Below, piece after piece: positions 37,532 through 46,689 of a stretch of DNA of 64,000 nucleotides. The stretch spans positions 7,557 to 71,556 of the IMG/VR virus record IMGVR_UViG_3300027887_000011. One strand, 5' to 3'. The stretch is from a virus (Duplodnaviria; Caudoviricetes). Numbering within the stretch: position 1 is the stretch's first letter; each line of letters starts with the position of its first letter. A model generated the notes under the pieces. The model was given only the letters and a program-made list of their open reading frames with translations, searched no databases and was not told where the DNA came from. Both the position numbers and the translations under genes were made by a program.

Positions 37532-38343
37532 AAATTACAGTAGTTATTCCGACACGCAATGATAACTTTGGAGGCAACCTTATAGAGACTGCCTCTTATA
37601 CACTTAATACAATGTCTAATACTTTTGATGAGGTTATTCTAGTAGACTTTGGATCTGATGAACCAATTTATCCGGTACTGGCCCCGCTTATTACGAATAA
37701 ACGTGGGAACATTAGAATTATAACCACTCCCAAACTAGGAGAGGAACAGACCTTTTCAGATATATTAGCTAGAAATGTTGGAATACGCCGAGCAACAAAT
37801 GATATTATACTATCTTCAAATGTAGATATTATACCTGCCCTTCCGGAGGACTTTGATTTTTCACAGTTTGATGAAAATGTTTTCTACAGTTCAGGTAAGT
37901 ATATGCTAGAACACAGTCTTATTACTTCTCTTCGTTCTCAGGGTAAGTCGTGGGAAGAGATTCAAAAGTATCTCTTCCAAACTCGAGAAAGTTATCCTCG
38001 CCAGGGTTTATTCAATGACGATCCTTGGTCCAAAGTGAGTGGCTGTGGAGATTTTCAACTGGGGCACAGAAAGATTTGGTTTGACGATAGGGTGCGCGGA
38101 TTTGAAGAAACTCTTCGCTTTAAGGATTATACTGATACAAATCTACATAAAAAAATAATAGCAAACGCTGGGTACGAAGTTCGTGTGGCTATGTACTTTC
38201 ATGTGTTCCATCAATCACATATTGATATTCGTGGAACGGCAAAGGCCAATGATGGACAAAAAGCAGTACATGCTTTTTTGCAGACTTCGAATCCAGATAC
38301 GTGGGGATTCTCTGATATGATCTTTAAGGAATATGTACTATGA
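37528..38343 (+). CDS. GT-A (GT2-like) glycosyltransferase
   Basis: VVIPTRND, LVDFGS, RNVGIRRA..DIILSSNVDII, GCGDFQL. Confidence 0.7.
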   Translation: MKITVVIPTRNDNFGGNLIETASYTLNTMSNTFDEVILVDFGSDEPIYPVLAPLITNKRGNIRIITTPKLGEEQTFSDILARNVGIRRATNDIILSSNVDIIPALPEDFDFSQFDENVFYSSGKYMLEHSLITSLRSQGKSWEEIQKYLFQTRESYPRQGLFNDDPWSKVSGCGDFQLGHRKIWFDDRVRGFEETLRFKDYTDTNLHKKIIANAGYEVRVAMYFHVFHQSHIDIRGTAKANDGQKAVHAFLQTSNPDTWGFSDMIFKEYVL

Positions 38344-39002
38344 AATTACTTGTAGGAATACCTGCATATAACGAAGAGCGAACTATTACAAAGACCCTGG
38401 AACGCGTAATGAGCACCTCCTGGCCAGTTCGGGTAATTGTATGTGATGGGAATTCTTCTGATAATACAAGGTCGATAGCACTTCAAAAAAAAGCTGAGGT
38501 ATTATATACCCCTTCTTATGGAGACTCCATTCAAACGGCTTTTAGAGAGGCTTCTAATGAAGACTATGTAATTATCCTTGATTGTGAGAGTCATAATGCA
38601 TTGGAGATGTACGACGCTCTTAGTGAAATGAAAGATAAAAAAATCCATCATTATCTGGTTGCCGGATATAGAGATAGATACACAGCTACTCGTATACGAA
38701 AGCTTATTACCTTATTAGCGCGATGGTATATACACCGACTATTTACAGTTGAGACTATCGATATAACAAGCGGCTTTCGTGCCTATCCCATTTCATTTGT
38801 AAAAAATGTACGCGACAACAATGCACTTTTTGCCGCACCAAATTATGTAATCAATGTAAATCTAGCATTAGAGGCACACCGTTTAGGGTATAATACCTAT
38901 AACTTTATTATGACATATACAGGCGGACAAAGTGCTCTTACGTTAAAGAAGTTCGTCAAATCTCTTTGGTGGGGATTAAAGTTACTAAGGAAACGCGTAT
39001 GA
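38340..39002 (+). CDS. GT2 (DPM-synthase-like) glycosyltransferase
   Basis: IPAYNEERTI, DGNSSDNT, DITSGFRAY; the DxD motif is degenerate (LDCE). Confidence 0.7.
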   Translation: MKLLVGIPAYNEERTITKTLERVMSTSWPVRVIVCDGNSSDNTRSIALQKKAEVLYTPSYGDSIQTAFREASNEDYVIILDCESHNALEMYDALSEMKDKKIHHYLVAGYRDRYTATRIRKLITLLARWYIHRLFTVETIDITSGFRAYPISFVKNVRDNNALFAAPNYVINVNLALEAHRLGYNTYNFIMTYTGGQSALTLKKFVKSLWWGLKLLRKRV

Positions 39003-39892
39003 ACTTCTTCAATGTTCGACAGTTAAATAATGTAAAGTGTTCTTATGACACGGAGATTTTTGCGCCTGAATATTTTGGTACCTTCTATCCTAAAGAGTAT
39101 ATTGCAGAAGACATAAAAAAGGATTTTGTTTCTAGTCGGCCGCCCGGATATAAATTGGGTCCTGTTTCTCCCGGATCCTTTAGCCGATTGCCAGACGGGG
39201 TTATTTTATCTGACGATATCTACGATGAATCTGAAATTGAAGTCATGGTACAGTTATCGCTTTTACAAGAAATACAGGATACCGAAATTATATTTTTAGA
39301 GTTAGGGGCTGGCTATGGAGCACAATCTTTACGAATGCATGGAGCAGTAAAAAATCAAGTTGTGCCTATGAGGGTAAAAAACTGTATTTGTGTTGGCGTA
39401 GAAGGGTTTCCAGAATACTTCCAGCAACTTCAGAATACTTTTAAAATCAATGCAGTTACAGGACAAGCTATATTTGGTGGCGTAAGTTATGAGGATGGAG
39501 AAACTCCTTTTTATACTAAAGTAGGAAAAGGAAATTATGGTTGTTCTGTACATAGTTCTGGGGATATAACAATCCCATGTTTTAAATTAGATACGCTTAT
39601 TCAAAAACTTGGTTATCCCCATATTCATGTTATTGATATGGATATACAGGGACTAGAGAATCTAGTAGTATCAAACTCAGAGTTTATACTAAAAGGCAAG
39701 GTAGATTATCTTAAGATTTCGATACATGATCCAAAGTATCCTACGTTTTTCTTAGAGTTGCTAGAGGATCTATACGAGTGTATTCTGGATATTCGCCAAG
39801 AACCTTCACCCCATTTTTGTGAGGTAAAGGAATTAAATTGTAAAACATATATTGCCGACGGTCTTATGATTTTTCGTAGAAGGATAAAATAA
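38999..39892 (+). CDS. FkbM-like methyltransferase
   Basis: FLELGAGYG, GVEG, FKLDTL, IDMDIQGLE. Confidence 0.75.
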   Translation: MNFFNVRQLNNVKCSYDTEIFAPEYFGTFYPKEYIAEDIKKDFVSSRPPGYKLGPVSPGSFSRLPDGVILSDDIYDESEIEVMVQLSLLQEIQDTEIIFLELGAGYGAQSLRMHGAVKNQVVPMRVKNCICVGVEGFPEYFQQLQNTFKINAVTGQAIFGGVSYEDGETPFYTKVGKGNYGCSVHSSGDITIPCFKLDTLIQKLGYPHIHVIDMDIQGLENLVVSNSEFILKGKVDYLKISIHDPKYPTFFLELLEDLYECILDIRQEPSPHFCEVKELNCKTYIADGLMIFRRRIK

Positions 39893-40116
39893 TGGAAATC
39901 AAATCAATTGGAACGCTTATAGACGAACTTATTACAACGTCAATGAAATGTTGGTATGCGCAGGAAACAGTTATGAATGAAACAGATGTCAATAAGGTAG
40001 CCGCTGCAGCCAAACAAGCCCAGCAACTCAACGCTCGTCGCAATAAACTTATTCGGGCAATTGATGAACGACTGGGAGATGGAGCTATTACATTAACGGA
40101 AAAGACTTATGCCTAA
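39892..40116 (+). CDS. small helical protein (DUF4254-like)
   Basis: SIGTLIDEL...WYAQE...NARRNKLIRAIDE; precedes a GT9-like gene. Confidence 0.5.
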   Translation: MEIKSIGTLIDELITTSMKCWYAQETVMNETDVNKVAAAAKQAQQLNARRNKLIRAIDERLGDGAITLTEKTYA

Positions 40117-40855
40117 ATATGCATTTTCACATCCTGGAAAAATTGGGGATGCACTATATACATTACCTACTATAAAGTATATCTGCGAACGCGATGGTGC
40201 TACTGCGGATTTCTATACGTCAAATTACTGTTTGCCCTTGACGCCTTTGTTTGAATACCAATCATTTATTGAAAAGCTTATTGTCCCCGAATCGTATGTT
40301 ATAAGAGATATGGGTTGTGGTGTTCAGCCGTGGCAAATGCCAATACCAGAAGGGATATATGACCAGGTATTCCAACTAGGATTTCAAACAACGCCTAATA
40401 TTCCTCTGCATTCATGGATTGGGCAATCAGTAGGAATCGCCGATGTCCCTCCGCCCCAGTATCAATATCCAGATATTACATTCTTCGAAGAACCATACAT
40501 CGTTATTTCAGCGCGATATCCGACTACCTATAATGACTCGTTTAAAGCCTTTATAGACGCTTGTCCAATATTGACGGTACAGATAGGGTGTCCAAATGAG
40601 TTTCTCGAAAGCAAGTCTGCCAATATGACCCATTTGAATATGCTTGAGACTGTCTCGTTAATGGCCAAGTCTAAAGGGTTTTTAGGACTACCTTTTTCCC
40701 AACTTGTACTGGCTAACGGATTTCCTGATATTCCAAAAGTAGGTATGCATAATGGTGGATCCTGGGATCTAAGGCATGTTATACAAAGACCAAATAATCA
40801 CTATCCTGTCAACCCATCTACTGAGGAATTATTGAGGCTATTGAATTTATCCTAA
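40109..40855 (+). CDS. GT9 (heptosyltransferase-like) glycosyltransferase
   Basis: HPGKIGDAL, VQIG, LETVSLMAKSKGFLG. Confidence 0.6.
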   Translation: MPKYAFSHPGKIGDALYTLPTIKYICERDGATADFYTSNYCLPLTPLFEYQSFIEKLIVPESYVIRDMGCGVQPWQMPIPEGIYDQVFQLGFQTTPNIPLHSWIGQSVGIADVPPPQYQYPDITFFEEPYIVISARYPTTYNDSFKAFIDACPILTVQIGCPNEFLESKSANMTHLNMLETVSLMAKSKGFLGLPFSQLVLANGFPDIPKVGMHNGGSWDLRHVIQRPNNHYPVNPSTEELLRLLNLS

Positions 40856-40869
40856 TATTTAAGTACAAT
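40841..40869 (+). promoter_or_regulatory. sigma70-like promoter
   Basis: TTGAAT-N17-TACAAT upstream of ATG 40889. Confidence 0.5.
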
Positions 40870-40888
40870 GAACTAAAGGGTCTAAACT

Positions 40889-41233
40889 ATGGAAAAACAA
40901 TCAATTCATGTTCCCCGTCCTGACTTAATAAACGCTCCAGATCCCAATAAAATGAAGCGTCAACCCTCAGGTTCCTTCAAAGCTATTAGTGCTATAGGCG
41001 CCTCCAGGAAAGACACGGAATGGGGTGGTGCTGTAGATAAAATAGGGAGTGTTATGACAAAAAAAGCCACTGCTATTCTAGAAAAACTAGCAAAGAAGGA
41101 TATGCCCTCTTTTCTAAAACAAGATCGTGATCCCAAAGCAAAGGAAGTATACCGTGCGCTTAAAAAGGAGCATCCTGAATATAGTGCTGGTAAGAAAGCT
41201 CGTATAGCAGAGAGTGTTGCAAACAAAGCCTAA
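40889..41233 (+). CDS. putative head-cargo protein
   Basis: Internal MTKKATAILEKLA; basic C-terminal module KAKEVYRALKKEHP..KKARIA. Confidence 0.55.
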   Translation: MEKQSIHVPRPDLINAPDPNKMKRQPSGSFKAISAIGASRKDTEWGGAVDKIGSVMTKKATAILEKLAKKDMPSFLKQDRDPKAKEVYRALKKEHPEYSAGKKARIAESVANKA

Positions 41234-41235
41234 TT

Positions 41236-43311
41236 ATGCCCGAGATTCCTCAATCAGTATTAATGTTATCGGACGATGCTCTGATCTGGTCAATGAAAGC
41301 CAGTTTACCACAACGTATTGCCGACGCAATAGAGCATAAATCTGAGAAGACTGAGAAGGCTAAAAAGATTCTTCGAAAGCAAGCTGAATACGCCCCTGGT
41401 ATTCCCTCGAAGTTTACTAAAGACCTTCCACGTCTTTCTGAGCCCCAACCAATGCGTCTTGCCATTCAGTCTCATAAGGCTAAAAAGGCTGGTCAACATT
41501 ATGATATTCGTATCGTTGATGATAAAACCGGTAAGGCTTATTCCTGGGCCGCTCGTAATCTTCCTGTAAATCCGGGAGATAAAACATTAGCCGTTTTACA
41601 ACCTACTCATACCGCGGAGTATTCAACGTGGGAAGGGAAGATAGAATCTGGTTACGGAGCAGGTGATGTAAGTTTATTTAGTCAAGACAAGATTGAGGTT
41701 ATCAAAGCAGAACCTACAAAAATTACCTTCAATGTTTATAAAACAAACGGTGATACTGAACGCTATGCAATGATCAATACTGGAGGAGACCAATGGTTAT
41801 TCCATAACGTTACTCCAACAAGAACAACGCGCCCAGAACTCCCTATGGAGAAACCTCATTATAAAAACATCCCTCCTCAGGTGTTAGATCCAAATAAAGT
41901 AAATGAGATTTGGGCACCAAAGATTGATGGTGCATTAAATGTATTTCTCCTTAAACCAGACAAGCCTATTGAAACCTATTCATATAGACCATCCGCTCGA
42001 GGTACTAACAAGCTTATTGATCATACTTTTAGGCTCGGGCTACATAAAACATTTGTCCCTACAGCGTTCAAAGGGAAAACAGTTGTTTTGGGCGAAGTGT
42101 TTGCTAGAGACAGGGAGACTGGAAAAGTGTTGCCCTCGACCGATACATCGGCTCGTCTTCTCTCAAATGTATGGAGATCTAGGGAGCTACAGCAAAAAGC
42201 TCCGTTAGATAATGTTGTTTTCAATGTTCTTCGTTATAATGGTCGTGATGTTTCAAAGAAACCCTATGAAGAGAAACTAAAGATTCTAAAAGAAATTACT
42301 ACAGCAGTACCTCAGCTAAAGATGCCTCCATTACATACTACGGCAGACAGTAAAGCTGAGCTTATGAAAGAGGTAAAGTCCGGGACACACCCGCTTACCG
42401 AAGAAGGGGTAGTAGTGTACAAACTTAATGAAGATACACCAATCAAATCAAAACTACAACAAGACTATGACGTCTACATCAGAGGCGCCTTCCCAGGTGA
42501 GGGAAAATACAGAGGAAGAGCCGCCGGGGGCTTTACTTATTCATTTAAGCCATCCGGTCCCATTACTGGCCGCGTTGGTTCTGGCTTATCAGATACCATG
42601 CGAAAAGAATTGTGGGAACAACCAGAAAAATATAAAGGATCCGTTGCCAGGATCTTTGCCCAACAACAGCTCCCAAGTGGAGCGTTGAGGATGCCTGTCT
42701 TTAAAGATATTCGAAGTGAAAAGTTTGCTTCTCTAATGGGGGGAAAAGCGGATAAGAAAAAACCCTCAGATTTTAATCCTAAGAGTATTGCTCAGGGTAT
42801 GAAAGTTGAGCGAGAGCACACAACAAACAAAGCAACTCAAAAAGAAATAGCAATGGATCATCTTACAGAAGATCCAAAGTATTATGATAAACTAAAGAAG
42901 ATGGAAAAAAAGGCTTATCCAGAAGCGGTAAATCCTGTAACGACTTATCCGATCTCCTCAACCGAACTACATGAAATAGGGAAGACTCAAGGTGAGGATG
43001 CTTTTCCCGATCCTAATGTCCAAGTACGCCAGGAGAATCCGAATACTATCCGTCCTGGAACGGTTCGTGTAAGAGAGACAAGAAGATTTTTACGTAAGAA
43101 AGCGGATGCCTCGGCGGCATCACCACAAACAACCGGTGGAAGCGAGTTATATATGTCCGAGACTCCGAGAACACAAAACTTCTACCAGGATACCTCTGCG
43201 TATCGTATAACCGAACATACACCAGATACCCCGTCCTCATCGACGGTAGCAACTACGGCAACACAAAATATAAAAGGACGAAAGGTAAAAATTAATGTCA
43301 GAACTCGCTAG
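41236..43311 (+). CDS. LigD-type 3'-phosphoesterase + ATP-dependent DNA ligase + DUF5661-like fusion
   Basis: PE: QSH..HYDIR..SWA..LAV..TH..Y..WEG..GYGAGDV. Ligase: PKIDG, LGEVF, EGVVVYK, GRVGSG, LRMPVF..R. C-terminal GMKVEREHT..EIAMDHL.EDPKYYDKL. Confidence 0.85.
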   Translation: MPEIPQSVLMLSDDALIWSMKASLPQRIADAIEHKSEKTEKAKKILRKQAEYAPGIPSKFTKDLPRLSEPQPMRLAIQSHKAKKAGQHYDIRIVDDKTGKAYSWAARNLPVNPGDKTLAVLQPTHTAEYSTWEGKIESGYGAGDVSLFSQDKIEVIKAEPTKITFNVYKTNGDTERYAMINTGGDQWLFHNVTPTRTTRPELPMEKPHYKNIPPQVLDPNKVNEIWAPKIDGALNVFLLKPDKPIETYSYRPSARGTNKLIDHTFRLGLHKTFVPTAFKGKTVVLGEVFARDRETGKVLPSTDTSARLLSNVWRSRELQQKAPLDNVVFNVLRYNGRDVSKKPYEEKLKILKEITTAVPQLKMPPLHTTADSKAELMKEVKSGTHPLTEEGVVVYKLNEDTPIKSKLQQDYDVYIRGAFPGEGKYRGRAAGGFTYSFKPSGPITGRVGSGLSDTMRKELWEQPEKYKGSVARIFAQQQLPSGALRMPVFKDIRSEKFASLMGGKADKKKPSDFNPKSIAQGMKVEREHTTNKATQKEIAMDHLTEDPKYYDKLKKMEKKAYPEAVNPVTTYPISSTELHEIGKTQGEDAFPDPNVQVRQENPNTIRPGTVRVRETRRFLRKKADASAASPQTTGGSELYMSETPRTQNFYQDTSAYRITEHTPDTPSSSTVATTATQNIKGRKVKINVRTR

Positions 43312-44623
43312 AATACCAATGCCGACTTCTGGTGTTAATATAGGACCCCAGAAACTTGTCATCAAGGAGCTTCATAACGGAGAAAGTTATTATATTGAGA
43401 CTTTTGCTCAAGCTCCCTCCGACGCTCGTTTAGGAACTCAGGATGGTTTTTCACGTACACGTATTGCTGACCCAACAGTTCTCTTTGATTCGACAATGGA
43501 ATACACTCCCCACGACCATTTATGGGATACTTACGCTTCTGGGATGGTCTCTAGCGGATTGAGCGAATATAATTATTTACAAATGAATGTTTCTGGTATT
43601 GGACGTATGACAAGACAAACCTGGCAATATCAAAGATACCAACCAGGAAAATCTCAACTTATCTTGATGACTGGGGTGTTGGGATCGAAGGCTGATGGTG
43701 TCTCAAAACGTATCGGATATTTTGATAATGCTAATGGTTTATTCTTTGAACTTGATGGAACAGCTCTGTATGTAGTTAAACGTGGCTCTGGGATAGATAC
43801 TAGAGTAGCACAAAATGATTGGAATGTAAAAAAAGCAAACGGGGATCATGGGGAGTTTATTTTAGACCCAGCTCTCGCACAGATTTATTTTATAGATTTT
43901 GAATGGTTAGGCGTGGGCCAGGTTCGTTTTGGTATTTATCACGAAGGAAAACCCTGTGTTCTTCATATCATGGAGCATGCTAATGTTGTTGACCGTCCCT
44001 ACATGGCAACGGCAAACCTTCCGGCTCGATATGAAATTATATCTACCAGCTCACAAGGTGTTTCCTGGATGCGACAAATATGTACATCAATAATTTCAGA
44101 AGGAGGCGCGCAACGAGCAGGTGGTGGACAGTGTTCTGTATATACCCCAACTACGGGAGTCTCATGTACCCAAGATACCTGGAACAATGTTTTAGCGGTT
44201 AGACCACGTCCTACTATGATAGGTCCGGGGGGTATACCGATAATCAATCGTTCTCTAAGTATTCCGGAATCAGCATCTATAGCCGTGGCGAGCGGCCCAA
44301 CTATAAGCTATGTTCGTATTTTATATGCAGAATGTTTAACGAATCACGGTACATGGACCATGCCTTCAGTGTATCAGCTATTACAGGGATCTACTGATGT
44401 CACTGTATTTTTTGCATTACAACCAGTATATTCCGTTGTGATTCAATCCACTGGGGGATCGGGTTCTAAGCAAGATGCGGGTATTAGTGGAAGTCAATCA
44501 CTTTTACTTCCTTTTTCATATAGTTATGATGGAACTCGGGTTCGTGTTTACATTATTCAGGTTTATCCCGTCGGCGGCGGGTGCACAGCCCATGCCACAG
44601 TCAGTCAATATGGCGTATTCTAA
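43295..44623 (+). CDS. conserved phage structural protein (lectin/ConA-like)
   Basis: RTRIADPTVLFDS, RYQPGKSQL, RIGYFD..NGLFF, IDFEWLGVGQVRFG, YMATANLPARYEI, QICTSIISEGG. Confidence 0.6.
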   Translation: MSELARIPMPTSGVNIGPQKLVIKELHNGESYYIETFAQAPSDARLGTQDGFSRTRIADPTVLFDSTMEYTPHDHLWDTYASGMVSSGLSEYNYLQMNVSGIGRMTRQTWQYQRYQPGKSQLILMTGVLGSKADGVSKRIGYFDNANGLFFELDGTALYVVKRGSGIDTRVAQNDWNVKKANGDHGEFILDPALAQIYFIDFEWLGVGQVRFGIYHEGKPCVLHIMEHANVVDRPYMATANLPARYEIISTSSQGVSWMRQICTSIISEGGAQRAGGGQCSVYTPTTGVSCTQDTWNNVLAVRPRPTMIGPGGIPIINRSLSIPESASIAVASGPTISYVRILYAECLTNHGTWTMPSVYQLLQGSTDVTVFFALQPVYSVVIQSTGGSGSKQDAGISGSQSLLLPFSYSYDGTRVRVYIIQVYPVGGGCTAHATVSQYGVF

Positions 44624-44626
44624 GCC

Positions 44627-44655
44627 TTGACATTCATATAAAATATACGTATAAT
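44627..44655 (+). promoter_or_regulatory. consensus sigma70 promoter, possibly leaderless transcript
   Basis: TTGACA-N17-TATAAT, 5 nt before ATG 44661. Confidence 0.75.
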
Positions 44656-44660
44656 ATAAC

Positions 44661-44858
44661 ATGATTATTCCAATTACATTAGAGCGAAAAGTCCATGAAA
44701 ATAAGGATGATTGGATGATTTTTGAATTGGAAAATAGTGCTAAAGTACAGGCTGCACAGAAACAAGAAAGAGCTCCCACGTTAACGGAGCTTTTATACAA
44801 TCAGACCGAAGATGAAATGTTGACGATTGCCGAACTTTTGGATCAGGGAAATGACTAA
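44661..44858 (+). CDS. small hypothetical protein
   Basis: 65 aa; TAATG overlap with the next gene. Confidence 0.55.
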   Translation: MIIPITLERKVHENKDDWMIFELENSAKVQAAQKQERAPTLTELLYNQTEDEMLTIAELLDQGND

Positions 44859-45727
44859 TGAGTTTAAATTTACCGATAGCAATAAAGAAAGTGTTTCTTT
44901 CGTTTGTACAGCAGTATTATGCAACGGAAGATTCCCGTCTAGTTTGGAATGTCGATAAACGGTTAACCAAGATTTTTATCGGGGACAAGTTTATTGCTGC
45001 TCCCGAAGTTGTTGAAAAGATGCCATCTATAATTCTCTCACGTGGAACGATGACATGGGCTCAAACCTCTATAGATCAGATGCAAAATACAGATTTGTAT
45101 TCGGCTACAGAAGGAATGGATCCGAATAAAAAGAGAACGGATCTTGTTCGAGCCAGTATCACTTTTCAATGTATTTCACAAAATGGTATTGAAGCTGAAA
45201 GTATTGCGAACAATCTATTTCTAAATTTTGTAGGGTATAAAGACCAGCTACGAAGAAACGGTATTCATCAAATCATGGGCGTATCAATGGGAGAAGAAAC
45301 TCTCATTAGAAGCGATGCAGCACCTAGATTAGTTTCAGTTCCGGTGAATATTGTATTTACAACCCAAGTTAGTCTGGCTACTACTCTTGATCTCTATACC
45401 ATCAAGGTTCTTATCGATGGGGATTTTACACCGTACGCAGAAGAAGGTCCGTATGGTCGGGTTTACAGAGAATGGTTTTCATATGAAATCTCTGGAAGCC
45501 ACATGATGTTTAGTTATCCACCACCTTCCGGTTCAGCAATTAAAGTTGATTATACGGGAAAATATACTCTTACTCAATATACTGATGTTACACCTGCAGG
45601 AATTGTAAATGGTATAAATACCCATTTTATACTACCGGAAGATGTGTACACAACATATGTAATAGTTTCGGGATTTATTATAGATCCTCTTACGATAGAT
45701 TCTTATACGGAGTATACGTATTCATGA
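44858..45727 (+). CDS. putative tail terminator/completion protein
   Basis: KMPSIILSRG...ITFQCISQNGIEAESIAN pattern; position before the sheath. Confidence 0.55.
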   Translation: MSLNLPIAIKKVFLSFVQQYYATEDSRLVWNVDKRLTKIFIGDKFIAAPEVVEKMPSIILSRGTMTWAQTSIDQMQNTDLYSATEGMDPNKKRTDLVRASITFQCISQNGIEAESIANNLFLNFVGYKDQLRRNGIHQIMGVSMGEETLIRSDAAPRLVSVPVNIVFTTQVSLATTLDLYTIKVLIDGDFTPYAEEGPYGRVYREWFSYEISGSHMMFSYPPPSGSAIKVDYTGKYTLTQYTDVTPAGIVNGINTHFILPEDVYTTYVIVSGFIIDPLTIDSYTEYTYS

Positions 45728-46674
45728 TACCAAAATCTTTTATAGATGAACTTACAAAAACAGCCGCTCTTCCAGGATTCCTTTCAGCTCTCGGAGGATT
45801 CTTTGCAAAGAATGTACCCGCCATGGCAACAAGTTTAAGAGGCTCTGCAATGGCAGCAGGAATGGCAGATGTAGCGAAGATGCGTGTGGCTGGCGGTGTA
45901 GTAGGAGCGGCCGGAGGAGCTTTTGCCGGCTCACGAACCGGAGATGAATCTACTAAAGGACGAAATACATTACTTGGAGCTATAGCCGGCGGTGTGGGTG
46001 GGGCTATGGGTGGAAAGGCTTTGGCAGCAAAGGTTCCAACTCTTGGATCCCAAACAGTAAAAGATCTTTCAGGTCTTGGACAGTATATGCAAAAAGGCAA
46101 AGCAACCGGCAAGGGAGTTGTTGAGTATATGGCCCGTAACTGGACTCCAAAATATACAAAAGATGTGCTTCCTCCTGCTGGACATCAAATTGGAATGTTT
46201 GGTACAAGTACGCCCGCGGTACGAACCATGGGTGGTATTGGAAAAGAAACTCCAGCAATAGCAATGCAGACACATAAGCCCGGACTTATTACGGGTGCCT
46301 TTGGGCAAGCTGCGAAACAAATATCAACAGCTAAAACAAAGGGCATCGGAGCAATGCTCTCACAAGATATTCAAGAAGCAAAAGTGTTTAATAAAACAAT
46401 TGAAGGTCAATCCTATCAATTTCGACGGTCTGGTTTAGGACGAGTCGTCAATCCTGCGATGACATCAGGAGTTGGCTTCGGCGCGCTCGAAGCAGCAACA
46501 GCAACAGACGAACAAGGACGGCCAGCAAGTATGAGTAAACGTTTACTAAAAGGCGGTACAACCGCACTAGCATGGGGCGCAGCACCGAAAATAATGACAG
46601 GCAAGATGCTGGCTTATGATGTCCCCAAAACCTTAATTGGTATGAAGAAGCAAAAAGAATTACCAAGACAATAA
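45724..46674 (+). CDS. putative virion protein with glycine-zipper segments
   Basis: MIPKSFIDELTKTA leader; GGVVGAAGGAFAG and LLGAIAGGVGGAMGG. Confidence 0.55.
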   Translation: MIPKSFIDELTKTAALPGFLSALGGFFAKNVPAMATSLRGSAMAAGMADVAKMRVAGGVVGAAGGAFAGSRTGDESTKGRNTLLGAIAGGVGGAMGGKALAAKVPTLGSQTVKDLSGLGQYMQKGKATGKGVVEYMARNWTPKYTKDVLPPAGHQIGMFGTSTPAVRTMGGIGKETPAIAMQTHKPGLITGAFGQAAKQISTAKTKGIGAMLSQDIQEAKVFNKTIEGQSYQFRRSGLGRVVNPAMTSGVGFGALEAATATDEQGRPASMSKRLLKGGTTALAWGAAPKIMTGKMLAYDVPKTLIGMKKQKELPRQ

Positions 46675-46689
46675 TAGGAGTACTCCAAA

